Positions 1-13,327 of a stretch of 64,000 nt of DNA are shown piece after piece. Source of the DNA: Octopus sinensis (taxonomy: Eukaryota); the NCBI RefSeq assembly GCF_006345805.1, contig NC_042997.1:11780001-11844000 (forward strand). The letters run 5' to 3'. Position 1 is the stretch's first letter. Every line of letters begins with the position of its first letter. Both the position numbers and the translations under genes were made by a program. The notes under the pieces were generated by a model. That model saw nothing but the letters and a program-made list of their open reading frames with translations, had not been told where the DNA came from and made no database searches.

Positions 1-360
1 TTAGCGATTCATTAATCTCCTTTCATATCCATCGATGAAGAATATCCAGAATAGCCCAGCATTCTTCTATGCTACCGTTACGTCAATATAAAGGTCCATC
101 TCATGTTAGTCTTCATATTTTTCTGTGTTGACCTCCATCAACTTCCCGAAAGTATTTGTCAAAGCCATAGCAAGTCGATACTTCACTTCTGCCACTACTA
201 CCACCACTGCTACCACTGCCCTGACTTTCACAAATCCTTTAACTCCAGCAAGGTATTTTCGGCCACACACTACTCTCTTCATACACTTGTACTACCAAAT
301 GAAAACTTGCATCCACCTAAAAGAGATCAGCCTCTTTCCTATCATGGCTAATACATGATT
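1..360 (-). mobile_element. Very degraded LINE RT C-terminal fragment (RTE-like)
   Basis: Minus-strand reading gives EVKYRLAMA..TFGKL and EM..Y/RRMLG, resembling the RTE EIxRRIAxAxxAFxKL...EMxxYRRML segment; contains stops and frameshifts. Confidence 0.3.
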
Positions 361-679
361 TAATATCCAGCATAGATATATCTTCGAAATCTCGCATAGG
401 TGTCACATTCTCCTGAGGGAAATGCTTCTGAACATAATTACATTTACCATTCTTTCTTCATACAATGCTTCTGGCATGAGTATTCCCTGTTCTTTGGTGA
501 TGTATGGCTGTAATGCTTTCATCTTTTCTGACCATCATGTTGATGTCCAGAGGAAAGTGTGAACATAAGGTCGGAACAACTGTATTTTTGTTTTCACTGT
601 CGCCATTTTTTTTATCCCTTCTGTTAATTTTCTTGTTTTTTTGATTCCCAATAACTCCTGTGTCACTGCTGTTACTGTT

Positions 680-775
680 GTAAGCGTTTTATCATAAGTA
701 TCCATATTACTTTTATTACTATTATTTTATTGTTGCTGTTCTTGTTGTTGTTATTCTACTACTACCACCACCACC

Positions 776-845
<70 letters not shown>

Positions 846-915
846 GTAAGCGTTTTATCATAAGTATCCATATTACTTTTATTACTATTATTTTATTGTT
901 GTTGTTGTTGTTATT

Positions 916-977
<62 letters not shown>

Positions 978-1075
978 GTAAGCGTTTTATCATAAGTATC
1001 CATATTACTTTTATTACTATTATTTTATTGTTGTTGTTCTTGTTGTTGTTATTCTACTACTACTACTACTACTAC
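680..1075. repeat. Three tandem copies of a ~75-bp unit, each ending in a variable (CTA/CCA)n tract
   Basis: taagcgttttatcataagtatccatattacttttattactattattttattgttg recurs at ~680, ~847 and ~979. Confidence 0.9.
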
Positions 1076-1179
1076 TTGTTGTCATCAAGGCGGCTGGCAG
1101 ATAGAATTATTATTATTGATATTATTATTATTATTATTATTGTTGTTGTTGCTGTTATTATTATTATTATTATTATTAA

Positions 1180-1330
1180 AGACGTCACATAGTATCCAAT
1201 ATCGTGATGTTGTTGACTGAAGATATTGTGTCTACCGGGGATTTGTACTGTCTTTCAAGTCACAATAAGGACCCCAGACAGACAGTACTTTACACAATAT
1301 GCGTGCAGTTCCAAATAATGCCGATTCTTT
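1180..1330 (-). mobile_element. 3' end of an R4/Dong-type RLE LINE ending in (TAA)n
   Basis: Minus strand encodes KESALFGTARILCKVLSV (compare TALLGTARILRKVF at ~19650), then a short UTR running into a TAA array. Confidence 0.65.
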
Positions 1331-1548
1331 AAGGCAGCGAGCTGGCAGAATCGTTAGCACGCCAGGCGATATGCTGAGTAACATATCGTTCGTCTTTACG
1401 TTCTGAGTTCAAATTCCGCCGAGGTTATCTTTGACTTTCATCTTTTCGGAGTCGATAAATGAAATACCAGTGAAACACTGGGGTCGATGTAATCGACTTG
1501 TCCCTTCCCTCTAGAATTTCAGGCCTTGGGCCTTTGGTAGAAAATATT
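1331..1548 (+). mobile_element. SINE family A (tRNA-like head; central gcctttcatcctttcggggtcgataaa..gtacc domain resembling the Meta-SINE core)
   Basis: aaggc(g)gcgagctggcagaa..gttagcacgcc..gagttcaaattccgccgagg (B-box-like); more than 10 copies in this window. Confidence 0.85.
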
Positions 1549-2666
1549 ATTATCATTACTATTAATCGACAGGGATGGAATCCACAGAGATGGAAAATTA
1601 GAAGAATCGGTAGAGTACGTTATGAAATGCCTCACAGCATCTGCTTACGTTCTTCAATTCAGAGTTCACTATTCTGAGAGGAAAGACTTTGCATTTCATA
1701 TTTTCGTGCATATAACATATGAAGCTAGTTAGATTTATTCAACCGTCCACTTCCCCGAGAAGCACGATCATATACCTATGTTAAAAATTGTTATTGCTAT
1801 TCTCAATCCAGTGAAGCGGCAATATTGATGGTGCGCCAGACCCAATACCTTGAAGTATTTAGTTACGTTCGATATGCCTTTGAGCTTTCCCAGGTCTATA
1901 AAGTAAGTACCAGTCCAGAAGTTACATCAGTTTAATCGAATTTATTCTACCCGGAAATTTGTGGTCTTATGTCATTGTTTGAAATCGTTGTTATTAATAT
2001 TACATAAAGATAATCGCTAATCAAGTGTAACATTTTTATGTTTAGCCTTCAGGCATCGACGTGTATATGTCTGATAACGATTGAAAGATTTGTTATTGAA
2101 ACCGACGATAAAGAAACAAAAACAAAAACAAAAACAAAGCAAAAACAAACTAAAAAAAACTAGCAAAACAATGAACAAATAAATTATAATGTGAATAAAA
2201 GTCATTTGATTCTTATTTAATGCAGAGATTTAGTAATTTGCAATTCGTTTCTGCGACTAGTCTAATAAATGTCATTTTGAAATGAAAAGAAAAACGTGTT
2301 GTCATTTTTAAAGAGATAATTAGTGAATAGGGAGAACAATTTAACACTGATTTAATAAGAACTTGATATTGCGATAGAAAATGCCTTAAAATCTTAATTT
2401 CTAATAATCCGCCATTTTGTTTCTTTATATTTTTCTTTTCGTTTTCTTCTAAGTTATATTTTCAAATTTTCCTTTCGTTATTTCTTGTCGTTTTCCTTCT
2501 TTTTTGCTTTCTTTAATTTTCTCTTCTTCTTCCCTCCTTTTTCGTCCATGTCTCTTTTCTTTCCTTCCAAAATATCTTCTGTTCTCTAAATAGAGGCATA
2601 TCGATAGAGTTTGACTGAAATGGAAATTAATTGCAATAGCTCTTTAGCTATTCAAATTTCTTCTTC

Positions 2667-2720
<54 letters not shown>

Positions 2721-2791
2721 GTTTATTTAATCTACTTATCTATCTATCTATCCATCTATCGGTCTGTCTGTCTGTCTGTCTGTCTGTCTGT

Positions 2792-2871
<80 letters not shown>

Positions 2872-3255
2872 GTCTGTCTGTCTGTCTGTCTATCTGTCTG
2901 TCTGTCCCTCTCTTTGTCTATATATCTATCTGTATGTGTGAGTGTGTGTGTGTGTAACATAAGTAATCTAAATATTTTGGTTAAGGTTTCAGGATGGGAA
3001 TGGATGGTCCATATACGCAGAAGATAAAGGAGAATTGGCGACTTAAACACGGCTGAGAACGATGAGCAGAGAGAATGGTGGAAGAAACTGGAGACTAATG
3101 TTATCTCTATTAATCTCTTACGCTCTCTCTATCCCCTCTCTCTTTTTTCGTCTCTTCCCGCCTTTTCCCCTCACTCTCCCTATATATCTATGACCGATCA
3201 GCTGTTCTCAGTTCACAGCTACATGAATGCCACAATATGTTGTTGCTCGCAAAGA

Positions 3256-4051
3256 CGTCGAGCTGGCCGAAACGTTAGCACACCGGGCGAAATACATAGC
3301 GATATTTCGTCAGCCGCTACGTTCTGAGTTCAAATTCCGCTGAGGTGGACTTTGCCTTTCATCCTTTCGGGGTCGATTAAATAAGTACCAGTTACGCACT
3401 GGGGTCGATATACTCGACTTAATCCGTTTGTCTGTCCTTGTTTGCCCCTTCTGTGTTTAGCTCCTTGTGGGTAGTAAAAAATAGGTATTTCGTCTGCCGT
3501 TACGCTCTAAGTTCAAATTCCGCCGAGGTCGACTTTCCCTTTCATCCTTTCGGGGTAGATAAATTAAGTAACGGTTACGCACTGATGTCGATGTAATTGA
3601 CTTAATCCCTTCGTTTCTCCTTGTTTCTTCCCTCTATGTTTAGCCCTTTGTGGGCAATAAAGAAATAAGAAACGTTAGCACGCCGGGTGAAATGCTTAGC
3701 GGTATTTCGTCTGCCGTTACGTTCTGATTTCATATTCCGCCGAGGTCAAATTTGCCTTTCATCCTTTCGGGGTCGATTAAATATGCACCAGTTACGCACT
3801 GGGGTCGATATAATCGATTCAATCCGTTTTCCTGTCCTTGTTTGTCCCCTCTGTATGTAGCTCCTTGTGGGCAGTAAATAACTAGGTATTTCGTTTGTCT
3901 TTATGTTCTGAGTTCAAATTCCTCCGGGGTCCACTTTGCCTTTCACCCTTTCGAAGTTGATAAATTAAGTACCAGTTACGTACTGGAGTCGATGTAATCG
4001 ACTGGCCCTTTCTCCCAAAATTTCGGGCCTTGTGCCTAGAGTAGAAAAGAA
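3256..4051 (+). mobile_element. Head-to-tail array of four SINE A units
   Basis: Units start at ~3256, 3485, 3669 and 3884; the first three end in tail 1 (..ccttgtgggtagtaaagaaata), the last in tail 2 (..gggccttgtgcctagagtagaaaagaata). Confidence 0.9.
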
Positions 4052-4548
4052 TATGTCGTTGCTAGTTTTCTATACTAGCGACAAGTTTGCATACCTGTCA
4101 ATGCAAATCGCAAAGAAACCTCTCATGACCGAAGGATTAACACTGAATAAAGCCGATTAGGTTGGATTTGAACACAGAACGCAAGAGACTCTAAGAAATA
4201 TAGTAATTCACCAGCAAGGAAATGGTACTTTAAATACCGGAGTTAGAGACATGAAAGGAAAAAAAAACTAGTGTCAGAGAGATTCGAACTCAACTGGCAC
4301 AGACCAAGAGAGAGAATAACGTGTTATATCCAAAGTTTTAGCGGTTCTGTCAAATTGCCGCCTATGTATGTTTGTATGCACATATAAATATATGGATGCA
4401 TCTATGTATGTATCTGTGTATGTAGTTAAGTATGTACGTGTGCTTGTGTGTGTATGTATGCATGTATGTGTGTATGTATGTGTATGTATATAGGGATGTA
4501 TATATGGATGAAGCTGTGTATTTATGTATATCTGTGTATTTATATGTA

Positions 4549-5115
4549 TTGAGTTGTCCGGAAAGTTCGTGCCGATTTTTAAAGGAAAGGAAAAAGGTCA
4601 ATAAATACTTGCCATTACATTTTTAATCGACCAAATATGAACCATTTCATTGCACAATGCGTCTCCCCCTTTCCTTTCACTTGAAAATACCATCTTCCCA
4701 GAATTGAGGTGGTTTCATGGCAAAGAATTCATCAAGGTATCTTTTTACATCATCCAATAAATTGAAATTTTTACCATTGAGACTATTCTGCAGAGACCTG
4801 AATAAGTGTAAATCCGAAAAAACAATATCTGCTGAATATCGAGGGTAGGGTAACACATCCCAGCCGAGCTGCATCAATTTTTGTCTGGTTCCCAAAGCAT
4901 CAAGTACCGGAAATGAACTTTCTTATCTTCCATTTTAAAGGGTTACAGAATTAACGCAGGTTATAGGAACATAAATCTTCTTCCACGAAAAGATAGCTTA
5001 AACTGTGTTCTAAATGGAGGTGTAGTCAAATTCTATTTTATGGACTCAACCATGTTCTAAAATAAGTCGAAAAAGCAAGCTACTATAAATCGGCACGAAC
5101 TTTCAGACAACCCAA
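4549..5115 (-). mobile_element. Internally deleted mariner (DD34D) element
   Basis: TIRs ttgagttgtccggaaagttcgtgccgattt / aaatcggcacgaactttcagacaacccaa, TA on both sides; ORF 4677-4895 has LGWDVLPYPRYSADIVFSDLHLFRSLQN (HPPYSPDLAPSD motif). Confidence 0.92.
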
Positions 5116-5127
5116 TACACATGTACG

Positions 5128-5183
<56 letters not shown>

Positions 5184-5372
5184 ATATATATATTATATAT
5201 AACATGTATGTCTCTGTGCGTGTGTATGAATGCATGTATACGTGTGCGCGTGTGTGTATGTATGTATGCATGTATATATGTATATATGTACGTATGTACG
5301 TATTATGTATGTATGTATTTATGTATATATGTATGCATGTATGTATGTATATATGTATGTATGGATGCGTGT

Positions 5373-5403
<31 letters not shown>

Positions 5404-5452
5404 TATATATATATAATATATATGTACTTATGTATGTATGTATGTATGTATG

Positions 5453-5485
<33 letters not shown>

Positions 5486-5868
5486 TTGTACCTATCTATC
5501 TATTTCTGCATACATACGCATACATATGTACAGTATATGTGTGTGAGTGCATGTATATGCATATGAGTATATGTAATATCAACAACTTCAACTTAATGAT
5601 TTTGGCGAAAGTTTTTACCTGAATCGCTCCTAGCAAATCATACAAACTAGAAAGTTAAGTTACGTCAAACCACTCAAATTCAAATACATACACACACATC
5701 CCACCCACATGCATGCATACATTCCTACATACATACATACATACATACATACATACATACATACATACATAATACATACATACATAAATAAGTGGATATA
5801 TACATATGTATGTGTGTGTATATACATATATATGTATATGTATATATACATATATACATAATATATAC

Positions 5869-5942
5869 ATCCAATAATACTATATTTGTTCCACGTCCTC
5901 GCGTTGTTGTGTTTTTTTGTGCTTTCTTGTTTGGATTAACTC
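5869..5942 (+). mobile_element. 3' fragment of the HHR-bearing element at 63768-63940
   Basis: tccaataatactatatttgttcc..ctcgcgttgttgtgtttt matches 63874-63918. Confidence 0.75.
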
Positions 5943-5991
<49 letters not shown>

Positions 5992-6102
5992 ATATATATA
6001 TATACATATATATACATATATATAATATATATATATATATGTATATACATATGTATATATATATATAATATATATACATATATATATTATATATATATAA
6101 TA

Positions 6103-6143
<41 letters not shown>

Positions 6144-6342
6144 AGAGGGAAAGAAAGAAGTAGAAATGTACTTTCTCAATTACATGTCTACTTAACTACA
6201 CGCACTTACACACAAAAACAGAAGCACGCATCTACACACACATACACACACACAAATACACGCAATAATACAGTTCCAACTACATACTACATACCTTATT
6301 TACCAAAATCTTTCGGACGTAAATATATAAATACGTATACGT

Positions 6343-6375
<33 letters not shown>

Positions 6376-6460
6376 GTATGTATATATATATATGTGTGTG
6401 TGGTGTGTGTATACATATATATACAATCAAGTGTATATATTATATAATTATATATGTAAT

Positions 6461-6519
<59 letters not shown>

Positions 6520-7005
6520 CATACATACATAGTTAATCATGTATGTATATATGATAAATAACCCATTAAAGACATATCTGAGCAAAACGATAAAACAAAA
6601 TAAACAAAAATAAAACAGACATAAAATGTCTTTTAACAATTTAATGAGGTTGTGTCTGGTATATCTAATGTAACCTATTTTGTTATTAATATTAAAATCT
6701 CCAAAATAACTCTGTTAAAGAAATGATGAATGCGAACAAGGAAGACATATTATATTTGAAATAATAAGTCATGTCATTCATCTTTACAAAAAATGAGTAA
6801 AATGTATAACGAAAAATATATGTAAAGTTTATTAATTCCCTAAAGATTTTCAGTTTTAATGCCAGGCAATAAACATTCACTCGATTTTTTGTATAATTTT
6901 AAATATTTTTCAGTAAAAAATATAAATTTGAAGAAAATTTTTTTATTGAATTATTGTATGCACTTAAAAATGAAGTAAGGATGCTTAAGAAACTAAGTGC
7001 AAAAG

Positions 7006-7036
<31 letters not shown>

Positions 7037-7167
7037 GACAGTGTAAGAATAGAATACAAAGATGGTGGCAGTGGATGGGAATACAAAGAAACAGAACGTA
7101 ATACAGTTTGCGGATGAAGAAAAAAGTGAGATAGATACACAGAGATAGAGATAGAATAAGTTAAGAA

Positions 7168-7208
<41 letters not shown>

Positions 7209-7670
7209 GAGACAGAGAGGTGGAGGGAGAGAGAGAAAGGAAAAGAGGGAGAAGGTGAAATATAGTTGGGTGTTAAAGAGTATGAAAATAGAGAAAGTAT
7301 AGGGTCAGGATGGGTATGAAAATTGAGAAATAAATGAATGCGAAGATATTTTCAGATGATACGCGACACCGAGGGACGCACAAGAAGGTTTGAAAACCAG
7401 ATTGGTAGTAGCATAACTTTCTGAAGTGAAGGAGTGAGAGAAAGAGAGAGAGGGAGAGAGAGAGAGAGTGATGGAAAGGGGGTTGATGGAGGGTGTCGTG
7501 GCGTATGCATGGAGTCTGTGTGTTTGTGAACGACGGAAAAGTAAAAGGGAGTGAGAAAGAGTGATGTACATTCGTTCTTATACACATATACATACATACA
7601 TACATACACACACACATACATACATACACACACATACATATATATAATTTCGTTTTCACGCACATACATA

Positions 7671-8561
7671 CGAGGTCTAATCGATAAGTATCAGGATTGT
7701 TGCCATAATAACGATGCTAAAGCATGAAGAGTGAAGCCGCTTAGCCCGAACTGACCTTGAACTCTCTCAAGTTTTAACGTTGTAGATCACTTCCGCTGTT
7801 TTCAGCAGTGCTTGGAAGGAAGGTGTATAGCATGTGATCGTCGCATTGACCATGACAGAGAAAGTTGTCATGGCGATACCTGCTCAGAGGCTTACGCAAA
7901 GTTTCAGAAAGTGCATGGAGAGGTATATGTGAGCAGCACACAAGTGTACGAGGGGTTCAGACGTCTCCAAGATAGCCGAAAAAAATGTCGATAATGACGA
8001 AAGTTCTGGAAGACCCGCAACCAACAGAACTGAGAAAAATGTCGCAGATGTCTGTGCAGCTGTGAGGGGAAATCGTAAAATCACCATCCCTAATTACCAG
8101 AGGATGTGCAGATTAGTTACGGTTCAGTTCAGTTCATTATCAATGAAGATTTGGGTATGAGAAGCATGTCTGCCCAGTTTGTGCTAAAACCGCTTTCAGT
8201 GGACCAGAAAGACCATCGGGTCTCAGTTGCACAATATCTCCTTGAATGCAATGAGAATGATGAAAACTTTTTGAAAACTTTGCATAGGCCTCTCAGCAGG
8301 TACCGCCAAGCTTTTGGCAAAATTTGATGCAGATTCTCTGCTGAACTTTCTCTTTCATGGTCAATGTGACGATCATACGCTACACAGGTTACATCGGTTA
8401 TATCTAAGCACTGCTGTAAACAGGAGAAGTGAGACAGAACGTTAAAACTTAGTGTGGATACACAGCAGAGTTCGAGATCAATCCATGTCAAGCGGCTTTA
8501 CTCTGCGTGCTTTAGCTTCGTTACTATAGCAACAGTCCGGATACTTATTGATAAGACCACC
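7671..8561 (+). mobile_element. Non-autonomous mariner derivative with ~200-bp terminal inverted repeats and transposase N-terminus
   Basis: TA|cgaggtctaatcgataagtatc...gatacttattgataagaccacc|TA; 7671-7866 is inverted at ~8345-8561; interior encodes frameshifted HTH region (TQVYEGFRRLQD, SGRP, LGMRSMSAQFVLKPL = WVPxxL motif). Confidence 0.88.
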
Positions 8562-8714
8562 TATGCAGTGTTTTATTGAAGTTAAAAATCTTTACAAACT
8601 GTTACACAGAATTTCACGCAACCGATCATAAAAGAGAAGTGAAAAAGTACATGTTCATCTTCTTTTCTTTTTGCTACTGTGTTGACATGTATGTATATAC
8701 ATGTGTCATATATA

Positions 8715-8789
<75 letters not shown>

Positions 8790-8802
8790 CATATATATAT
8801 AT

Positions 8803-8836
<34 letters not shown>

Positions 8837-9077
8837 ATATATATATACATACATATACATATATACATGTATGTTTATGTATATACTTACATGTTTATAT
8901 GTATGTATACACATTTATATGTATGTATGTATATATATATATACCATTCTGCCTAAATAATGGAACTGCATATGCAAAATCCCTGCATATCTTACGTCTA
9001 TTTTCATTCCTCCACTTCACTCTCTATTTCATATCCTAACTAGAATAAGTATTGCTTAACCACCATTTTCTCACACT

Positions 9078-9125
9078 GTCTCCGATGAAGGGATATATAA
9101 AATATCCCGGAAACAGCTGTAAGAC
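9078..9125 (+). ncRNA. Minimal type I hammerhead ribozyme (U4C core variant)
   Basis: gtct CCGATGA a gggatat-ataaa-atatccc g GAAA cagctg TA agac: stem I gtct/agac, 7-bp stem II, palindromic stem III, GUA triplet. Confidence 0.7.
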
Positions 9126-9200
9126 CTTCTCATTATAAATGTTCTGAAATCTTTCTTACCCAAGGATGTTTTTATCTCATTCTGCTAATTTTTTAATGTG

Positions 9201-11068
9201 TAAAGAAGCATTGGTTATGGAACAATCATTAAATTTGGGTCCACGACTTTACACACAACACCACCTCTCAAATATTTAATCACATATAAAAATCACTATG
9301 GTTCCCAAACACATAAAAATAATACATATACATAAAATCACAGAAGTTAAAAGTATGTAATCGAATAAAATACAAATAGAACGGCCTATCAAAAAGTTAA
9401 ATATAAACGGCTAAAAGTTCAAAAACTACCAAAAAACCTAATAGACAAATATGAAATAAGTAAAGGTAAAAATAAAAATAAATATCCACCGACTAAAAAA
9501 GTTTTATCAGATGATTAAAATATTTTTCTATTAAAACAATTTTTAAAAAAAATATTTGAACAAATATTTGCAAAAGTCTTTTACCCCCTCCACACAAGTA
9601 CGTCCAAAAGTTCATAATGAGCAGACATAAAAGGTCAAATTCAACGTTCACATATATCTATGGCCATTTCGGGAGCTCAGCTCACCGCCGCAGTTTATTC
9701 ACACTAAAGTGCAACACGGCGATGACCCCCTCAGGAAAGACGAACAGATCAAAATTTTTTAAGGAAAGCTTATACTTTTATGAAATTGGCTGTGTGGTAG
9801 TTAGCTTGTTTACCAACCACATGGTTCCGGGTTCAGTCCCACTGCGTGGCACCTTGGGCATGTGTCTTCTACTATAGCCTCAAGCCGATTAAAGCCTTGT
9901 GAGTGGATTTGGTAGACGGAAACTGAAAGAAGCCCGTCGTATATATGTATATATATGCGTGTGTGTGTTTGTGTCTGTGTTTGTCCTCCTAGCATTGCTT
10001 GACAACCGATGCTTGTGTGTTTATGTCCCCGTTACTTAGCGGTTCGGCAAAAGAGACCGATAGAATAAGTACTGGGTTTACAAAAGAATAAGTCCCGGGG
10101 TGGTCCATTTGCTCGATTAAAGGCGGTGCTCCAGCATGGCCGCAGTCAAATGACTGAAACGAGTATAACAATAAAAGAGTAAAAGAATAATCTAAAAGAA
10201 AAACCAATAAACGGACCAGTCCATATTTTCTAAAAAAAATGTCTATTGCTAAACTTTTAGGTGGCTGTAGTTATCAGAAATTCCACCTCGCCGGTCAGCC
10301 ACCTAAATGTTTAGCAATAGACATTTTTTTTAGAAAATATGGACTGGTCCGTTTATTGGTTTTCCTTTTAAATTATATAAGATTTTCATAAAAGTATAAG
10401 CTTTCCTTAAAAAATTTTGATCTGTGCGTGTCTCTTGTTTTTCGTTTATCCTAATGAGAGGGGTCATCGCCGTGTTGCACTTTAGTGTGAATAAATTCCG
10501 GTGGTGAGTTCCCGAAATGGCCATAGATATATGTGAGTATGGAATTTGACCTGTGAAGTCTGCTCATTATAAACTTTTGAACGTACTTGTGTGGAGGGAG
10601 TAAAAGACTTTTTTCATGATGTATGTGAATTTGACCTGTGAAAGTCTGTTTACTTATGAACTTTGGACGTACTTGTATGAGGGAAGGAAAAGACTTTTTT
10701 CAAATATTTTTACAAATATTGAAAAAAAAAATTTTAAATAAAAAAAATATTTTAATCAGTTGATAAAACTCTTTTAGTCGGTGGATATTTATTTTTATTT
10801 TTACCTTTACTTATTTCATATTTGTCTATTAGGTTTTTTGGTAGTTTTTGAACTTTTAGCCGTTTATATTTAACATTTTTCATAGCCGTTCTATTTGTAT
10901 TTTATTCGTTTATATACTTTTACCTTCTGTGATTTTATGTATATGTATTGTTTTATGTGTTTGGGAACCATGGGGATTTTTATATATGATTAAATGTTTG
11001 AAAGGTGGTGTTGTGTGTAATTTCGTTGACCCAAATTTAATGATTGTTCTATAACCAATGCTTCTTTA
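9201..11068. mobile_element. Foldback element: two ~660-770-bp inverted arms around a 28-bp spacer, no ORF
   Basis: Ends taaagaagcattggttat / ataaccaatgcttcttta; arms are reverse complements inward to aggtggctg(10267) / (10296)cagccacct; SINE B inserted in the left arm. Confidence 0.92.
9787..10190 (+). mobile_element. SINE family B (tRNA head, CORE-like segment, internal TA/TG microsatellite, LINE-derived tail) inserted in the foldback arm
   Basis: A box tggctgtgtggta, B box ggttcagtccc, caccttgggca.gtgtcttc, tail ggcggtgctccagcatggccgcagtcaaatgactgaaac. Confidence 0.9.
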
Positions 11069-11152
11069 TCTCCGTCTCATTTATGTTTGAGCACTTCGTT
11101 TGCAGTTCTCTAAGCCCTTTTGTTTCTATTAGAAGAGACAAATATTATTTCT

Positions 11153-11194
<42 letters not shown>

Positions 11195-11249
11195 CATATC
11201 TATAAGGATGTACGTATATATGTAAGGATTATATCTATATATTCTTTTC

Positions 11250-11650
11250 TATTCTATTCTTTTACTTGTTTCAGTAATTTTGACTGCGGCCATGCTGGAG
11301 CACCGCCTTTAGTCGAGCAAATTAACCCCAGGACTAATTCTTTGTAAGCCTAGTACTTGTTCTATTGGTCTCTTTTTCCGAACAGCTAGTTTACGAGGAC
11401 GTAAGCACACCCACATCGGATGTCAAGCGATGGTGGTGGTGGTGGAACAAAAACAAACACAAATACACACACACACATAAATATACGATGGGCTCCTTAC
11501 AGTTTCCGTCAACCAAATCCACTCACAAGGCTTTGATCGACTCAAGGCTATAGTTGAAAACACTTGTCCAAGGTGCCACGCAGTGGGGCTGAACCCGGAA
11601 TCTTATGGTTGGAAAGCAGGCTTCTTACCACACAGCCACCCCTGTGCCTA
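11250..11650 (-). mobile_element. SINE family B
   Basis: Reverse complement of the copy at 13117-13540. Confidence 0.88.
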
Positions 11651-12689
11651 AACTTATTTATATAAGCATATATTTGCACACAAGAATTCATGCACATTGA
11701 ACGCCTTTTGCTAATTGTCAATTCAACATAGAATGACGCACAGTCAATTTGAGTACTTTTCATCGAGTATATAAGGCAAAATAGACCTCGACTTGGTTAG
11801 AACTCAAACATAACTTAATGCGGTAGGAAGTTTTTGTGAGGGCACAATAATCCCCGCATCTCCTACTTCTCAAATTCAATGGTACCGGCAGTATTGTTTC
11901 AAGTTGAATTGCAACATTGCAAAAGTATTAAGGCAGCCATAAAAAAAAAAAAAAGGATTAGCCATTTCGTTTATAAACCCCACGTCAGCAGGATTTCTTG
12001 TAGTGGCACAATTCCAGATATTTGTAGTAAAGGACTGTAGCCGGCTGAATGTATATAATTTTTAGTTTATCTGTCTTGGACAAATATTAAACAAAGCTGA
12101 GCTCGTCGGATTTGAACTTCAAACGTAGTGACGTAATCAAATGTAGCAAAGATTCACTTTATGTCCTTCATCAATTATGCAACATTAAATACAGTTGGTA
12201 GATAAAATAACGAGAACTGTAAGTGATCTTAAAAGCCAGTAAGTGCCTGCGGACTGCAGACATTATCTTCTTTACATATTTAATACTAACTTTCTTGAGA
12301 TGTGTATTTGCCTCTGAATGGAAAGCGCTGTCACGGGGTTGTTTATAGAGCTGGAATCGTTTGTGCAAGTAAACTAGTGTTCTTGATTCTATATAGAAAA
12401 CACTAGAGTTATTGTTTTTCTAGTACTGCTATCTTAATTACTTCATTTCTTTGTTAGGCATACATGGATTTTCTGAACTTCACCTTTGATTCAATTTTAC
12501 AAAATGAAAAACGGTGTGAAATAACAATATGCAACCAAAGCAAACAAGTGTTTTTCTTCTTTATCACCTTAACTCTATTATTGTATTCGTTTAAATTTAT
12601 AACAGCTCTAATCGACAAGATATATGACCCAAGAACATTAAATTCGTAACTATCCTATCTTTTCTTCAGGCATATTGGTATCTAAGACT

Positions 12690-12960
12690 ACCTTATGCAA
12701 TGACTCTGGGTTTTTACATAAGTCACCTTATAGAGCTCCCAGGTATTACACATTTTGTACGACAGAAGGGAGATAAATGTTGTAAATGTTTCGTCTCTTT
12801 GCACCCAGTATGTTTATTTACTCCAGTGTTGTTTTTGTAATATCCAATGATGTTAATGACTGGCGTTTCCTTTCTTGATGCTTCTATTGCTTCTGCTATA
12901 ATGGCTGTAGTGTCATTGACACCAATTTTAAATGATTTTGCCGTGGGAAAGACATTGGAA
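12690..12960 (-). mobile_element. Possible very degraded piggyBac transposase fragment
   Basis: Minus-strand peptides PVINIIGYYKNNTGVN and CNTWELYK loosely resemble PxxIxxYNxxMGGVD and NAWxLYK. Confidence 0.25.
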
Positions 12961-13116
12961 ATTTGAATTCGGGTTGTCCTTGTAAAAGTTTTAGCTGTTT
13001 TTATAAAGGGAAGAAACGTTCTAGATTATTTCCACTCGCACTTAAAAGTATCTTTATCTCCAAATCCGTGATTTCGGTGTTTCCCATTTGAGAATATTTC
13101 GAAATTTCAGTTTAAT

Positions 13117-13282
13117 AGGCGCAGGAGTGGCTGTGTGGTAAGTAGCTTGCTTACCAACCACATGGTTCCGGGTTCAGTCCCACTGCGTGGCACCTTGGGC
13201 AGGTGTCTTCTACTATAGCCTCGGGCCGACCAAAGCCTTGTGAGTGGATTTGGTAGAAGGAAACTGAAAGAAGCCCGTCGTA

Positions 13283-13327
<45 letters not shown>

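Noticed and set aside
5083-6530. Numerous YIYI/MYVC/poly-I/poly-Y ORFs here and throughout the ORF track
   Set aside because: Translations of (TA)n, (TATG)n, (ATT)n and similar microsatellites; no coding signal
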